Source of the DNA: Alphaproteobacteria bacterium
GTDB lineage: Bacteria; Pseudomonadota; Alphaproteobacteria; SP197
Length of the DNA: 64,000 nt
Assembly (NCBI GenBank): GCA_964291415.2
Contig: OZ219920.1
Coordinates: 32,001-96,000, forward strand
Direction of reading: 5' to 3'
The notes beneath the pieces were generated by a model. The model was given only the letters and a program-made list of their open reading frames with translations. It ran no database searches and was not told the origin of the DNA. The position numbers and the translations under genes were made by a program. Shown here piece after piece: positions 18,028-27,954 of this stretch (within the stretch, counting starts at the first letter, position 1; each line of letters starts with the position of its first letter).

Positions 18028-20472
18028 ATGACCGCAGCACACAACGACAGACCGGTGCGAAGGCCAAGACGCTGGCTGCGATGGCTGACTGCGGGCGTGT
18101 CGTTGCTTGTCGTCATCCTGATCGCCGCCGGTATCCTGGCGATGGCCGCCTGGACCAGTTTCAGCCAGGGTCTGCCGGATCATCGCATGCTCGCCGGCTA
18201 CGAACCCCCGGTCGCCACGCGTGTCTATGCCGGAGACGGCAGCCTGATGGCGCAGTTCGCCGTCGAGAACCGGGTCTTCGTGCCGCTTCAGGCGATTCCG
18301 CTGAAGGTCCGGCAGTCCTTCATCTCGGCAGAGGACAAGACCTTCTTCGCGCATCGGGGCATCGATCCGCTCGGCATCGTGCGGGCCATGATTGCCAATG
18401 TCGAAGCGACCATCGAGGGCCGCCGGCTGCAGGGCGCATCGACAATCACCCAGCAGGTCGCCAAGAACTTCCTCCTGACAAACGAGATGTCCTACCGCCG
18501 CAAGATCAGGGAGGCGATTCTCGCGTTCCGCATCGAGGAGGCCCTGAGCAAGGAGAGAATTCTCGAACTCTATCTCAATGAGATCTACCTCGGACTGGGG
18601 AGCTACGGTGTCGCGGCGGCGGCACTCAACTACTTCGACAAGTCACTCGACTCCCTGTCGGTCGCCGAGGCAGCCTATCTGGCGGCCCTGCCCAAGGCCC
18701 CCAACAACTATCATCCGGAACGCAAGCCGCGGGCAGCTGTCGCGAGGCGCAACTGGGTCCTCTCGCGCATGGCGGAGGATGGGCATATCACGCAACGGGA
18801 GGCCATGCTGGCGAAGCGTCAGCCCCTGGGTGTCAGCAGGTCCGGTTCCCGTGTCTTCGTCGAGGCCGCCTATGCGGTCGAGGAGATCCGTCGCGCCATT
18901 GCCAGCCGGTATGGGTCCGACGCGCTCTACACCGGAGGCCTCTATGTCAGGTCGACCATCGATCCGGCACTCCAGGAGGCCGCCAGCCGCGCCCTCAGGA
19001 ACGGTCTTGGACTCTACGACCGCCGGCACGGCTGGCGTGGACCGGTGGCCAGGATGGACCTCGACGACTCCTGGACCGATGCCCTGGCGACCATTGCCGG
19101 GACGATGGACGTTGCCCCATGGCAGGCCGTCGTTGTCCTCGGCATGAACGATGCCGCGGCCGTTGTCGGCTTTGCCGACGGCAGCCACGGTCTTGTCCTC
19201 CTGGAAGACATGGCATGGGCGAGAAGGCGGCTCGACGACGGCAGGCTCGGCCCGGTTCCCGGCCAGCCCGCCGATGTGCTGGCCCATGGAGATGTCGTTG
19301 TGGTGGAGAGTCTCCCCAAGGACGCCCCGGATGGCACCCGGTTCCATGCCTTGCGCCAGATTCCCCTGGTGTCCGGAGGCCTTGTTGCCATGGACCCCCA
19401 TACCGGCCGCGTGCTCGCCATGCAGGGCGGATTCAGCTACGCCACGAGCGAGTTCAACCGGGTGACGCAGGCTCTGCGCCAGCCCGGTTCCGCCTTCAAG
19501 CCCTTCGTCTACATGGCCGCCCTCGACCACGGCTATACCCCCGCGGCACTGATCGAGGATGCACCCTTCGTCTACGATCCGGGCGCCGGACAGGAGCTCT
19601 GGCGTCCGGCCAACTACACGCAGGAATTCTACGGTCTGGTTCCGCTCAGGGTCGGCATCGAGAAGTCGCGCAATCTGATGACGGTGCGCCTGGCCAATAC
19701 GCTGGGTCCCGACGTTGTCAACGGTTACGTTCGCAAGTTCGGCATCCTGGACGAGTCCCAACCCTACTACCTGCCGGTCGCGCTTGGTTCCGCCGAGACC
19801 ACCCTGATGCGCCTGACGGCAGCCTATGCAGCAATCGTCAACGGTGGCCGGGAGGTGGCCCCCGAGCTGATCGAACGCATCCAGGATCGCCACGGCAGGA
19901 CAATCTGGCGGCGTGACACGCGTGAGTGCGATGAATGCCGGACAGCAGCCTGGGATCGTCATCTGCCGGTTCCGGCACTCCCGGACGTCCGGCCCAGACT
20001 CGTGGATCCGGTGACCGCCTACCAGATGGTGCACATGCTCGAGGGAGTGGTGGAGCGGGGGACCGGAGCCCGGCTGCGTGCGCTGGAAAGGCCGCTTGCC
20101 GGCAAGACCGGCACCACCAATGACAACCGCGACGCCTGGTTTCTCGGCTTCTCGCCCGATCTCGCTGTCGGTGTCTATGTCGGTTTCGACCAGCCGGAGA
20201 CGCTCGGCGACCGGGAGACCGGTTCGTCCGTGGCGGTGCCGGTATGGCAGCTCTTCATGGCCGAGGCACTCGCCGCCGAACCCGTCATCCCGTTCCGCAT
20301 CCCTCCGGGAGTCCGTCTCGTGCGAATCGATGCCGACCACGGTCTGTTGCCGGGCGAGGCCACGACCCGGATCATCACCGAAGCCTTCCGGCCGGGCAGC
20401 GAACCGACGGTTGAGGCGGACCGGCATGTCGTGCTATCGCTGGGCGATGACAGGTCATCGGGCGTCTACTGA
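18028..20472 (+). CDS. mrcA: Penicillin-binding protein 1A
   Basis: Transglycosylase motifs AEDKTF, GASTITQQVAKN, RKIRE; transpeptidase motifs SAFK, SRN, KTG. Confidence 0.95.
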   Translation: MTAAHNDRPVRRPRRWLRWLTAGVSLLVVILIAAGILAMAAWTSFSQGLPDHRMLAGYEPPVATRVYAGDGSLMAQFAVENRVFVPLQAIPLKVRQSFISAEDKTFFAHRGIDPLGIVRAMIANVEATIEGRRLQGASTITQQVAKNFLLTNEMSYRRKIREAILAFRIEEALSKERILELYLNEIYLGLGSYGVAAAALNYFDKSLDSLSVAEAAYLAALPKAPNNYHPERKPRAAVARRNWVLSRMAEDGHITQREAMLAKRQPLGVSRSGSRVFVEAAYAVEEIRRAIASRYGSDALYTGGLYVRSTIDPALQEAASRALRNGLGLYDRRHGWRGPVARMDLDDSWTDALATIAGTMDVAPWQAVVVLGMNDAAAVVGFADGSHGLVLLEDMAWARRRLDDGRLGPVPGQPADVLAHGDVVVVESLPKDAPDGTRFHALRQIPLVSGGLVAMDPHTGRVLAMQGGFSYATSEFNRVTQALRQPGSAFKPFVYMAALDHGYTPAALIEDAPFVYDPGAGQELWRPANYTQEFYGLVPLRVGIEKSRNLMTVRLANTLGPDVVNGYVRKFGILDESQPYYLPVALGSAETTLMRLTAAYAAIVNGGREVAPELIERIQDRHGRTIWRRDTRECDECRTAAWDRHLPVPALPDVRPRLVDPVTAYQMVHMLEGVVERGTGARLRALERPLAGKTGTTNDNRDAWFLGFSPDLAVGVYVGFDQPETLGDRETGSSVAVPVWQLFMAEALAAEPVIPFRIPPGVRLVRIDADHGLLPGEATTRIITEAFRPGSEPTVEADRHVVLSLGDDRSSGVY

Positions 20473-20506
20473 CCCCTTGCGCTGTGGCCGGAGGAGACAG
20501 AAAACC

Positions 20507-21623
20507 ATGCGCCCCGCCATTGCCGAATTGAAGGACAGCATCGAATCCGGTCTTGACCTCGTGCGGAGGCATCTTTGACTGGGAACAGGCCAACGCCCGG
20601 CTCGATGAACTCGAGCACCTGACGCAGGATCCGGAACTCTGGAACGATTCAGACAAGGCCCAGACGCTGTTGCGCGAGCGTACGCGGCTTGCTGCCGCCA
20701 TAGGCAGTGTGCATACCCTTCAGGACGAGCTTGACGAACACCTGGAACTCGCCGAACTGGCCGAAGCCGAAGGCGAGGAGGACCTTGTCGGGCAGTGCGT
20801 GGAGGCGCTCGAGGCGCTCTCCGTGCGCACCGGAAAACTGCGCATTGCCAGTCTCCTTTCCGGTGAAGCGGACGGCAACGACTGCTACATCGAGGTTCAT
20901 GCCGGCGCCGGTGGCACGGAAAGCCAGGACTGGGCCAACATGCTGGTGCGCATGTACCGCCGGTGGGCGCAACGCAGGGACTACCGCGTCGAGGAACTCG
21001 GCGAAACTCCGGGAGAGGAGGCCGGCGTCAAGTCGGCGACCCTGAAGTTTGTCGGTGACGGTGCCTACGGCTGGGCCAAGACGGAATCGGGCGTCCATCG
21101 CCTGGTGCGGATTTCACCCTTCGATTCACAGATGCGCCGCCACACCAGCTTTGCCAGTGTCTCGGTGTCGCCGGTCGTCGATGACAGCATCGAGATCACC
21201 GTCGACGACAGCGAATTGCGCGTCGACACCTACCGTGCCTCCGGCGCCGGTGGCCAGCACGTCAACAAGACCGACAGCGCCGTGCGCCTGACGCACCTTC
21301 CCACGGGCATCGTCGTGCAGTGCCAGAACAATCGCTCCCAGCACCGCAACCGGGCCGAGGCGATGGCCGTCCTGAAGTCGAGGCTCTATGACCGTGAATT
21401 GCGCCTGCGGGAGGAGGAGGCCCAGGCGCTTCATGCCGAAAAGAGCGATATCGGCTGGGGCCACCAGATCCGCTCCTATGTCCTGCAGCCCTACCGCATG
21501 GTCAAGGATCTGCGGACCGGACACGAAACCAGCAACACCGATGCCGTCCTTGACGGCGACCTCGACGGCTTCATCCAGGCGGCCCTGGCGCAGCGCGTCG
21601 GCCAGGATGCCGCCCGGGAGTGA
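20507..21623 (+). CDS. prfB: Peptide chain release factor 2 (programmed +1 frameshift)
   Basis: MRPAIAELKDSIESGLDLVRRHL, then CTT-TGA-C, continuing in the +1 frame as DWEQA...; SPF and GGQ motifs. Confidence 0.97.
20565..20579 (+). promoter_or_regulatory. prfB autoregulatory +1 ribosomal frameshift site
   Basis: Internal SD GGAGG at 20565-20569, 3-nt spacer, CTT TGA C at 20573-20579. Confidence 0.95.
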
Positions 21624-21626
21624 CCC

Positions 21627-22445
21627 TCACCCCCGCCGCGCCTTGAATCCGAGCAGAAGCGGCAGGGGCACGAGGTCCGCGGATCGGTGCCAGTAGCCGT
21701 CTTCTCCCTTTTTCATGTCAGGAAACTGCGGCCAGGCGCAAAAGGGATACTCCCGCACCTCGTGGATCCGGAGTCCCCGGTTCTCGAGGGCGGCGAAGAT
21801 TTCGGACAGCGGCCATGTGTACTCGCGCGACTCGGAGCTGACCTTGTAGGTCGGGTCGGCGTAGTCGGGGCCGCCGGCCGGCTCGTGTATCGGGTCCGTG
21901 CCCTGAAAGTAGTCATAGTGCACGACGGGGACGGGCGATGACTCATCGAAGACCATCGACAGGGGGTGGGCATCAAGAAGGTAGAAGAAGCCGTCGTCCG
22001 CCAGGTTGGCATCAATGGTGGCGGCCCAGCCGTCGAGATCACCGATCCACGTGAGGACGCCGATCGAGGTGAAGACGATATCGAATGGTGCTCCGGCAAG
22101 CCGGCCAGCGGTCGTGACGTCGGCCTCGGCGAACCGGGCCCTTGACTCCAGGCCGCACTCGCTGGTCAGGCGCCTGGCGGTGGCGAGGGCGACAGGCGAA
22201 AAGTCGACACCGACGACTTCGGCCCCGAGCCTGGCCCAGGACAGGGTATCGAGGCCGAAATGACACTGCAGGTGGAGGAGTTTCCTGCCGGCGACATCGC
22301 CGACAGCCTGCCGCTCGATGGTGCCCAGGGTGTTGCGGCCCTCGAGGAAGCCGGCGACGTCGTAGAATGCGCTGGCCTCGTGAACGGGTGTGACCTCGTC
22401 CCACCTGCCGCGATTGATGGCCGTGTCGCTGTTCATGGCGTTCAC
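21627..22445 (-). CDS. Class I SAM-dependent methyltransferase
   Basis: LLHLQCHFGLDTLSWAR.GAEVVGVDFS, FDIVFTSIGVLTW. Confidence 0.9.
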   Translation of the reverse strand: MNAMNSDTAINRGRWDEVTPVHEASAFYDVAGFLEGRNTLGTIERQAVGDVAGRKLLHLQCHFGLDTLSWARLGAEVVGVDFSPVALATARRLTSECGLESRARFAEADVTTAGRLAGAPFDIVFTSIGVLTWIGDLDGWAATIDANLADDGFFYLLDAHPLSMVFDESSPVPVVHYDYFQGTDPIHEPAGGPDYADPTYKVSSESREYTWPLSEIFAALENRGLRIHEVREYPFCAWPQFPDMKKGEDGYWHRSADLVPLPLLLGFKARRG

Positions 22446-22474
22446 TTCGATCGATCTGGAAACGGCGCCTGGAG

Positions 22475-23326
22475 TTACAGGCGGTGGCCCCTGTCGCGGG
22501 CATAGGCGAAATAGAGTTCGCGGGCCTCGCGGTAGGCCGGTCCGGGCTGGAGGTCGCGGTCGTCAATGCGGGTGGCCGGCATGACCTTGTTGTAGTTGCC
22601 GGTCGAGAACACTTCGTCGGCGGTCCGGACCTCCTCCCAGGAAAGGGAACGCTCGAATACCTCCCAGCCGGCGTCTCGCAGGAGCGACATCACCCTGCGG
22701 CGCGTGATGCCGGCCAGGAAGGTGCCGTTCTCGACGGGCGTGTGAACCTGACCATCCCTGACGATGAAGAGGTTGGCCGTGGCAAACTCGGCGACATGGC
22801 CCTCATGGTCGAGCATGACCGGATTGTCGAAGCCCCGCTCGTTGGCGCGGCGCACCGCATCGCCGGTTGCCGGATAAAGGCACGAAGCCTTGGCGAGGGT
22901 GGGGGCCATGTCGGGCGCCGGCCGCCGAATCTCGGAAAGGCACGCCGAAAACCCCTTGGGCTCCGCCATGGGCGCCACCTCCAGGACCATCAGGAACCTG
23001 GTGAGTTCGGAGACCGCCCACAGGGAATCGCTGACTCCGCTCCAGTAGGTCGGCCGGATGTAGAGCTGGGCGTCCGCCGGGAAGCGGCGCGCCATGTCTC
23101 CGGCAAGTTCGACCAGGTCGTCGACCGACTGCTGCGGCTCCATGCCCATGACCCTGGCGGACTTGAGACACCGTTCGCAGTGACGATCGATGTCCGGCAT
23201 GACACCGTCGAAGGCGCGGGCGCCGTCGAAGACCTGCGTGGCGAACCAGAATGATTGGTCAAGCGGTCCCATGATCATGGGGTTGCCTTCATGGAAGGCA
23301 CCGTCGAAATAGGTAAGCTGTTTCAT
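22475..23326 (-). CDS. Class IV (branched-chain-type) PLP aminotransferase
   Basis: VFDGARAF, LYIRP, AKASCLY, EFATANLF, TFLAGITR, EVFSTGN. Confidence 0.9.
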   Translation of the reverse strand: MKQLTYFDGAFHEGNPMIMGPLDQSFWFATQVFDGARAFDGVMPDIDRHCERCLKSARVMGMEPQQSVDDLVELAGDMARRFPADAQLYIRPTYWSGVSDSLWAVSELTRFLMVLEVAPMAEPKGFSACLSEIRRPAPDMAPTLAKASCLYPATGDAVRRANERGFDNPVMLDHEGHVAEFATANLFIVRDGQVHTPVENGTFLAGITRRRVMSLLRDAGWEVFERSLSWEEVRTADEVFSTGNYNKVMPATRIDDRDLQPGPAYREARELYFAYARDRGHRL

Positions 23327-23418
23327 CGTTGATCGGCTGTCCTGCACCAGGGCCACGCACTACTAGCACGGACCCACCCGCATGTGCACCGATTCTAGGG
23401 AGGGGGGAGTGTCACCGG

Positions 23419-24468
23419 ATGATCGACACCTGGCGCCTGCTCGGTCCCATGATGGGCCTCGTCGAACCCGAGCGTGCCCACGACCTGGCCCTCAGGGCCC
23501 TGGAGGCCGGCATGGCAGGGCGGCGAACATCGAGGGAACGCCCCGAATTGGCGACCACGCTGTTCGGGCTCGACTTTCCCAACCCCCTGGGCCTGGCGGC
23601 GGGGTTCGACAAGAATGCAAGGGTGACGGCGCAGATGCTGGCGGCGGGGTTCGGGTTCGTCGAGGCCGGGACCGTGACGCCACGGCCCCAGGCCGGCAAT
23701 CCGCGTCCCCGGATCTTCCGGTTGCCGGCAGACAGGGCAGTGATCAATCGCCTTGGATTCAACAACGAAGGCATGGACAAGGTGGCGGCACGCCTCGAGG
23801 CGCGCCGGCCAGAGGCCGGAATCGTCGGCATCAACATCGGCATGAACCGCGACAGCACCGATGCGGGCGGTGATTATCGGCGTGCATTCATCCGCCTCGC
23901 CCCTCTCGCCGACTACGTCGTGATCAACGTGTCGTCGCCCAACACGCCGGGCCTGCGGGACCTCCAGGCCGTGCGCCAGCTCGCAAGACTCCTGGAAGCG
24001 CTTCAGAGCGCGCGCCCGGAAGTCCCGGACGTGGCCCTGCTGCTCAAGCTTGCCCCGGACCTGGCATTCGAGGATGCAGGGGAGGCGGCCCGGGTGGCGG
24101 CCGATCACGGCATCGCCGGTCTCGTGGTGTCCAACACGACGATCAGCCGGCCGACCGGACTGCGCCATCGCCATGCCGGCGAGGCCGGCGGTCTTTCGGG
24201 GGCGCCGCTCTTCGATCTCTCAACCGGCATGGTGCGCACGCTTCACCGCGCGGGCCACGGCGCCCTGCCGATCATCGGAACGGGCGGCATCATGTCGGCC
24301 GAGGACGCCTACCGGAAGATCCGGGCAGGCGCCTCGCTGATCCAGATCTATACGGCTCTGGTCTGGCACGGTCTCGCGGTTGTCGGGCGCATTCTCGATG
24401 GCCTCGAGGAGCGCCTGGCCGCGGACGGTCTGCACAATCTCACGGAAGCCGTCGGTGCCGATACCTGA
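23419..24468 (+). CDS. pyrD: Quinone-dependent dihydroorotate dehydrogenase
   Basis: NPLGLAAGFDKN, GTVTPRPQAGNPRPR, NVSSPNTPGLR, GGLSGAPL. Confidence 0.96.
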   Translation: MIDTWRLLGPMMGLVEPERAHDLALRALEAGMAGRRTSRERPELATTLFGLDFPNPLGLAAGFDKNARVTAQMLAAGFGFVEAGTVTPRPQAGNPRPRIFRLPADRAVINRLGFNNEGMDKVAARLEARRPEAGIVGINIGMNRDSTDAGGDYRRAFIRLAPLADYVVINVSSPNTPGLRDLQAVRQLARLLEALQSARPEVPDVALLLKLAPDLAFEDAGEAARVAADHGIAGLVVSNTTISRPTGLRHRHAGEAGGLSGAPLFDLSTGMVRTLHRAGHGALPIIGTGGIMSAEDAYRKIRAGASLIQIYTALVWHGLAVVGRILDGLEERLAADGLHNLTEAVGADT

Positions 24469-25073
24469 TCAGGACCGATACCAGGTCCACAAGATGCGCG
24501 CGGCCACGGCGCGCCAGGGCCGCCATGGCTCGGCGAGAGCCACCATCTGCCGCACGTCGGGACGCGGATCGATGGAGAACAGAGCGGCGGTGGCCGTCTG
24601 CAATGCCACGTCACCCGCAGGCCAGACATCGGATCGCCCGAGGCACGACAAGAGATAGGTCTGGGCGGTCCACTCACCGATGCCGTGAAGTGCGGTGAGT
24701 GCCTTGTTCGCGTCATCGTCTCCCAGAGTGGCGAGGGACTCCAGCAGACCGTCCTGCGCTGCCCGCGCCGCGGCATGGAAGGCCCGCCCCTTGGAGCGGG
24801 TGAGTCCGAGTGCCCGCAGACGTTCCACCGGAACCCCGAGGACGGCAACCGCGTCGCCGGCATCGAATGCCGCGTCGAGGCGTTTGCGGATGCTGGCGGC
24901 GGCCTTGAGAGACACCGACTGCTCGGTGATGATGGCGAGCAGCGATGCCAGGCCTGCCGCTCGATCCTCAAGGGGACCGTGCCGAGCCGCTCGACAACCG
25001 GACCGAATCGCGATTCGAGACCGACGAGTGCCTCGATGCCCTCCTCGAGATCTGCCTGGGTGGCGATAATCAT
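24469..25073 (-). pseudogene. alkA: DNA-3-methyladenine glycosylase II (AlkA/HhH-GPD), frameshifted
   Basis: N-terminus MIIATQADLEEGIEAL...GTVPLRIE in one frame; AGLASLLAIITEQSVS...GIGEWTA...DVWPAGD...WRPWRAVAARILW in another. Length 605 nt fits a 1-nt deletion near 24958. Confidence 0.8.
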
Positions 25074-25161
25074 GGTGCCTCGATCCGTCGGGCCGCTTGC
25101 GCAGGATCGTCGGACAACCGAAGATATCGCGCAACCGGCCTGAAATCCGCGAGAGAGAGTC

Positions 25162-25755
25162 ATGTCATCAACCATCCCGGCGCGTAGCGGCAAGGCCGTG
25201 CGCGTGGCACGCGGCGCAGCGATCCGCATCATCAACACCCATGGCGCTCAGGTCGTCGACACCTGGGCGTTCAACGGCGACGATGTTTCGGAGTACATGG
25301 CGATGGATGCCACCCGCGTCTTCAACCAGCGCCTCACCCCATGTGTTGGCGATCATCTTGTCACCAACCGCCGGCGCCCGATTCTCGTCCTCGAAGCGGA
25401 CACGTCTCCTGGCCGCCACGACACCCTGATGGCTGCCTGCGACCGCTGGCGTTACGAACTGCTGGGTATCAGGGAATACCACGACAACTGTGCCGACAAT
25501 CTCTCGCAGGCGATGAGCGAACTCGGATTGCGCGAGACACACACGCCGTCGCCGCTCAATCTCTTCATGAACATCCCCTGGCATGACGACGGCGGGCTGG
25601 AGTTCGAGACGCCGCTGTCGGCCCCCGGCGACCATGTCGTGCTGCGCGCCCTCATGGATTGCGTGGTGGCCATGTCGGCCTGCCCCCAGGACGTGCTTCC
25701 GGTCAACGGGTTGAACCGGCAGCCAACCGAGGCCCACTTCGAGATCGTGACCTGA
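25162..25755 (+). CDS. Stand-alone DUF1989 (urea carboxylase-associated) family protein
   Basis: GAQVVDTWAF, GRHDTLMAAC, HDNCADNL, PLNLFMNIP, SACPQD. Confidence 0.9.
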   Translation: MSSTIPARSGKAVRVARGAAIRIINTHGAQVVDTWAFNGDDVSEYMAMDATRVFNQRLTPCVGDHLVTNRRRPILVLEADTSPGRHDTLMAACDRWRYELLGIREYHDNCADNLSQAMSELGLRETHTPSPLNLFMNIPWHDDGGLEFETPLSAPGDHVVLRALMDCVVAMSACPQDVLPVNGLNRQPTEAHFEIVT

Positions 25756-25862
25756 GGCGATGGCCCAGGCCGTTTCCCCGGAGGTCTGGCTCCGCCGGTA
25801 GCCGGGGACAGGTGGCCCCCTTGTGGACCGGGCCCGGAACGATGAACCGAGGAGGCTGAACC

Positions 25863-26180
25863 ATGGCGGTAACCGCAATCGTTCGTTTCGAATTGCCAGA
25901 AGACAGGGCGCGCGAGGCGGTGACAGCCGCATTCGAAGCCTCCGCGCCGCTTTACCGGGGCGTCGAGGGTCTGATCCGAAAGCACTATCTCTTGTCCGAG
26001 GATGGCCGGATCGGCGGCGGTGTGTACTTGTTCAATTCGCGTGAGGATGCCGAACGTCTCTACGATGCGGCCTGGCGGGCCGGTATCCGCGAGCGACTGG
26101 GCGTCGAACCTTCGATCGAGTACTTCGAATCACCGGTGATCGTCGACAACGAAGCAGGCACGATCACCACGACGGCCTGA
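25863..26180 (+). CDS. YdhR-like putative monooxygenase (dimeric alpha-beta barrel)
   Basis: SAPLYRGVEGLIRKHYL, GGGVYLF; strong GGAGG RBS. Confidence 0.8.
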   Translation: MAVTAIVRFELPEDRAREAVTAAFEASAPLYRGVEGLIRKHYLLSEDGRIGGGVYLFNSREDAERLYDAAWRAGIRERLGVEPSIEYFESPVIVDNEAGTITTTA

Positions 26181-26451
26181 TTGCCGCGGTCCTGCCCCTG
26201 ATCGCGGCGCCGGGATCGAGGCACTCCCTTCAAGGGTCGGGCGCGCCGGAGGCCCGGTGTTGTCTTGATCCGCCTGACACCCGCCTTTTCAACAGGTTGA
26301 TTTGCCGATCGACGTCTTGATCCGCGAACCGGGCCCCGGGTTGATGCGCGCAAACAGTCACGACGACCCGACTTCGGGGAGTGTGCCGCGGTTGCGCCGG
26401 CTCAAGACAGCGTGACAGAATCGCGCCGGTCCGGGGTCAGGAGGGTGCACC

Positions 26452-27954
26452 ATGGCACGTATCGCGGTGGGTGGATTTCAGCACGAGACGAACACCTTCG
26501 CCTCGACCAACGCGGACTTCTGTGACTTCGAACTCCATGATGCCTGGCCAGGCCTGACACGCGGTCCGGAGGTCTTCGACGCCGTCGCCGGTCTCAACCT
26601 CGCCCTGGAATCGTTCATTCGTCAGGCAATCGATGACGGCCACGAACTCGTGCCGCTTCTGTGGGCCTCCGCCGAGCCGTCGTCCCATGTCACGGAAGAC
26701 GCCTTCGAGAGAATTGTCGGCATGATGACCGACGACCTGGAACGGCTCGGCCCGTTTGATGCCGTCTTCCTGGATCTTCATGGGGCCATGGTCACGGAGC
26801 ACCGCGAGGACGGCGAGGGCGAAACCCTGGAACGCGTCCGCAATGTCGTCGGACACTCCATCCCCGTCGTCAACAGCCTCGATCTCCATGCGAACATCAC
26901 GGAACGCATGGTGGCGATGTCCTCGGCCATGACAATCTACCGGACCTATCCGCACATCGACATGGACGACACCGGACGCCGGTGCTATCGCCTCATGATG
27001 CGCCTGCTTGCGGGCGAGCCTCTGGCGAAGGGATTCGCCAGATCACCGTTCCTGGTGCCGCTCTCCGCCCAGTGGACCGGGGCACCGCCCAACAGCGGTT
27101 TCTACGACGACATCAGGCAACGCGAACAAGCGGGTATCACGAGCGCCGACCTGGCGCTTGGATTTCCGCCCGCCGACATCGCCGAATGCGGACCGGCGGC
27201 AATTGCCTACGATGCCGATCCTCACCGTGCCCGTAAGACCGCTCACGAGATCATGAGAGGTTTCATCGGCGCCGAGGATGTCTTCGACAATGCGCTGCTT
27301 GATGCCGGTGAGGCGGTGAGAACCGCCATGGCAGAGCCGGCCGGTCCGGTGGTGCTCGCCGATGCCCAGGACAATCCCGGCGCGGGAGGCACCTCCGACA
27401 CGGTGGGGATTCTCGAGGCCCTGGTGCGACACCACGCCACCGGCGCCGCTCTTGCCCTGTTGTGGGATCCCGAGGTCGCGCGGGAAGCCCACGCCCGGGG
27501 GGAGGGGAGCACATTCGATGCGCCTCTCGGCGGCAAGTCCGGCAGACCGGGCCAGACTCCCTTTCGCGCCCGTTTCAGGGTCGAGCGTCTCGGCAACGGG
27601 ATCTTCGAGTGCCAAGGCGAGATGTACCGCGGCGTCGTCACCAATCTCGGTCCGCTGGCCCTGCTGTCGGTCGCCGATGCCGACTGCGACGTCAAGGTGA
27701 TTGTCTCGAGTGTCCGCTTCCAGAATCTCGACCAGGCGTGTTTCCGCCATATCGGCGTCGAGCCGACGGACCAGCACATCCTCGTGGTCAAGAGCACGGT
27801 GCATTTCCGGGCGGACTACGATCCGATCGCTGCCAGGACCCTCATCGTCGAATCGCCGGGCGAACACCCGTGCCGTCTGGACCAGCTCGGGTATCGCTTC
27901 CTGCGCGACGGAGTCAGGCTGGGACCGGGCGGTCCGGAGCACCACCGTCCATGA
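26452..27954 (+). CDS. M81 family metallopeptidase (MlrC-like)
   Basis: GGFQHETNTF, LDLHGAMV, DLHAN, YRTYPHID, DAQDNPGAGG, VVKSTVHFRADY. Confidence 0.92.
   Translation: MARIAVGGFQHETNTFASTNADFCDFELHDAWPGLTRGPEVFDAVAGLNLALESFIRQAIDDGHELVPLLWASAEPSSHVTEDAFERIVGMMTDDLERLGPFDAVFLDLHGAMVTEHREDGEGETLERVRNVVGHSIPVVNSLDLHANITERMVAMSSAMTIYRTYPHIDMDDTGRRCYRLMMRLLAGEPLAKGFARSPFLVPLSAQWTGAPPNSGFYDDIRQREQAGITSADLALGFPPADIAECGPAAIAYDADPHRARKTAHEIMRGFIGAEDVFDNALLDAGEAVRTAMAEPAGPVVLADAQDNPGAGGTSDTVGILEALVRHHATGAALALLWDPEVAREAHARGEGSTFDAPLGGKSGRPGQTPFRARFRVERLGNGIFECQGEMYRGVVTNLGPLALLSVADADCDVKVIVSSVRFQNLDQACFRHIGVEPTDQHILVVKSTVHFRADYDPIAARTLIVESPGEHPCRLDQLGYRFLRDGVRLGPGGPEHHRP

Noticed and set aside
25074-25161. 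Guanidine riboswitch before the DUF1989 gene
   Set aside because: No ykkC-type 3' motif or twin ACGR hairpins visible.
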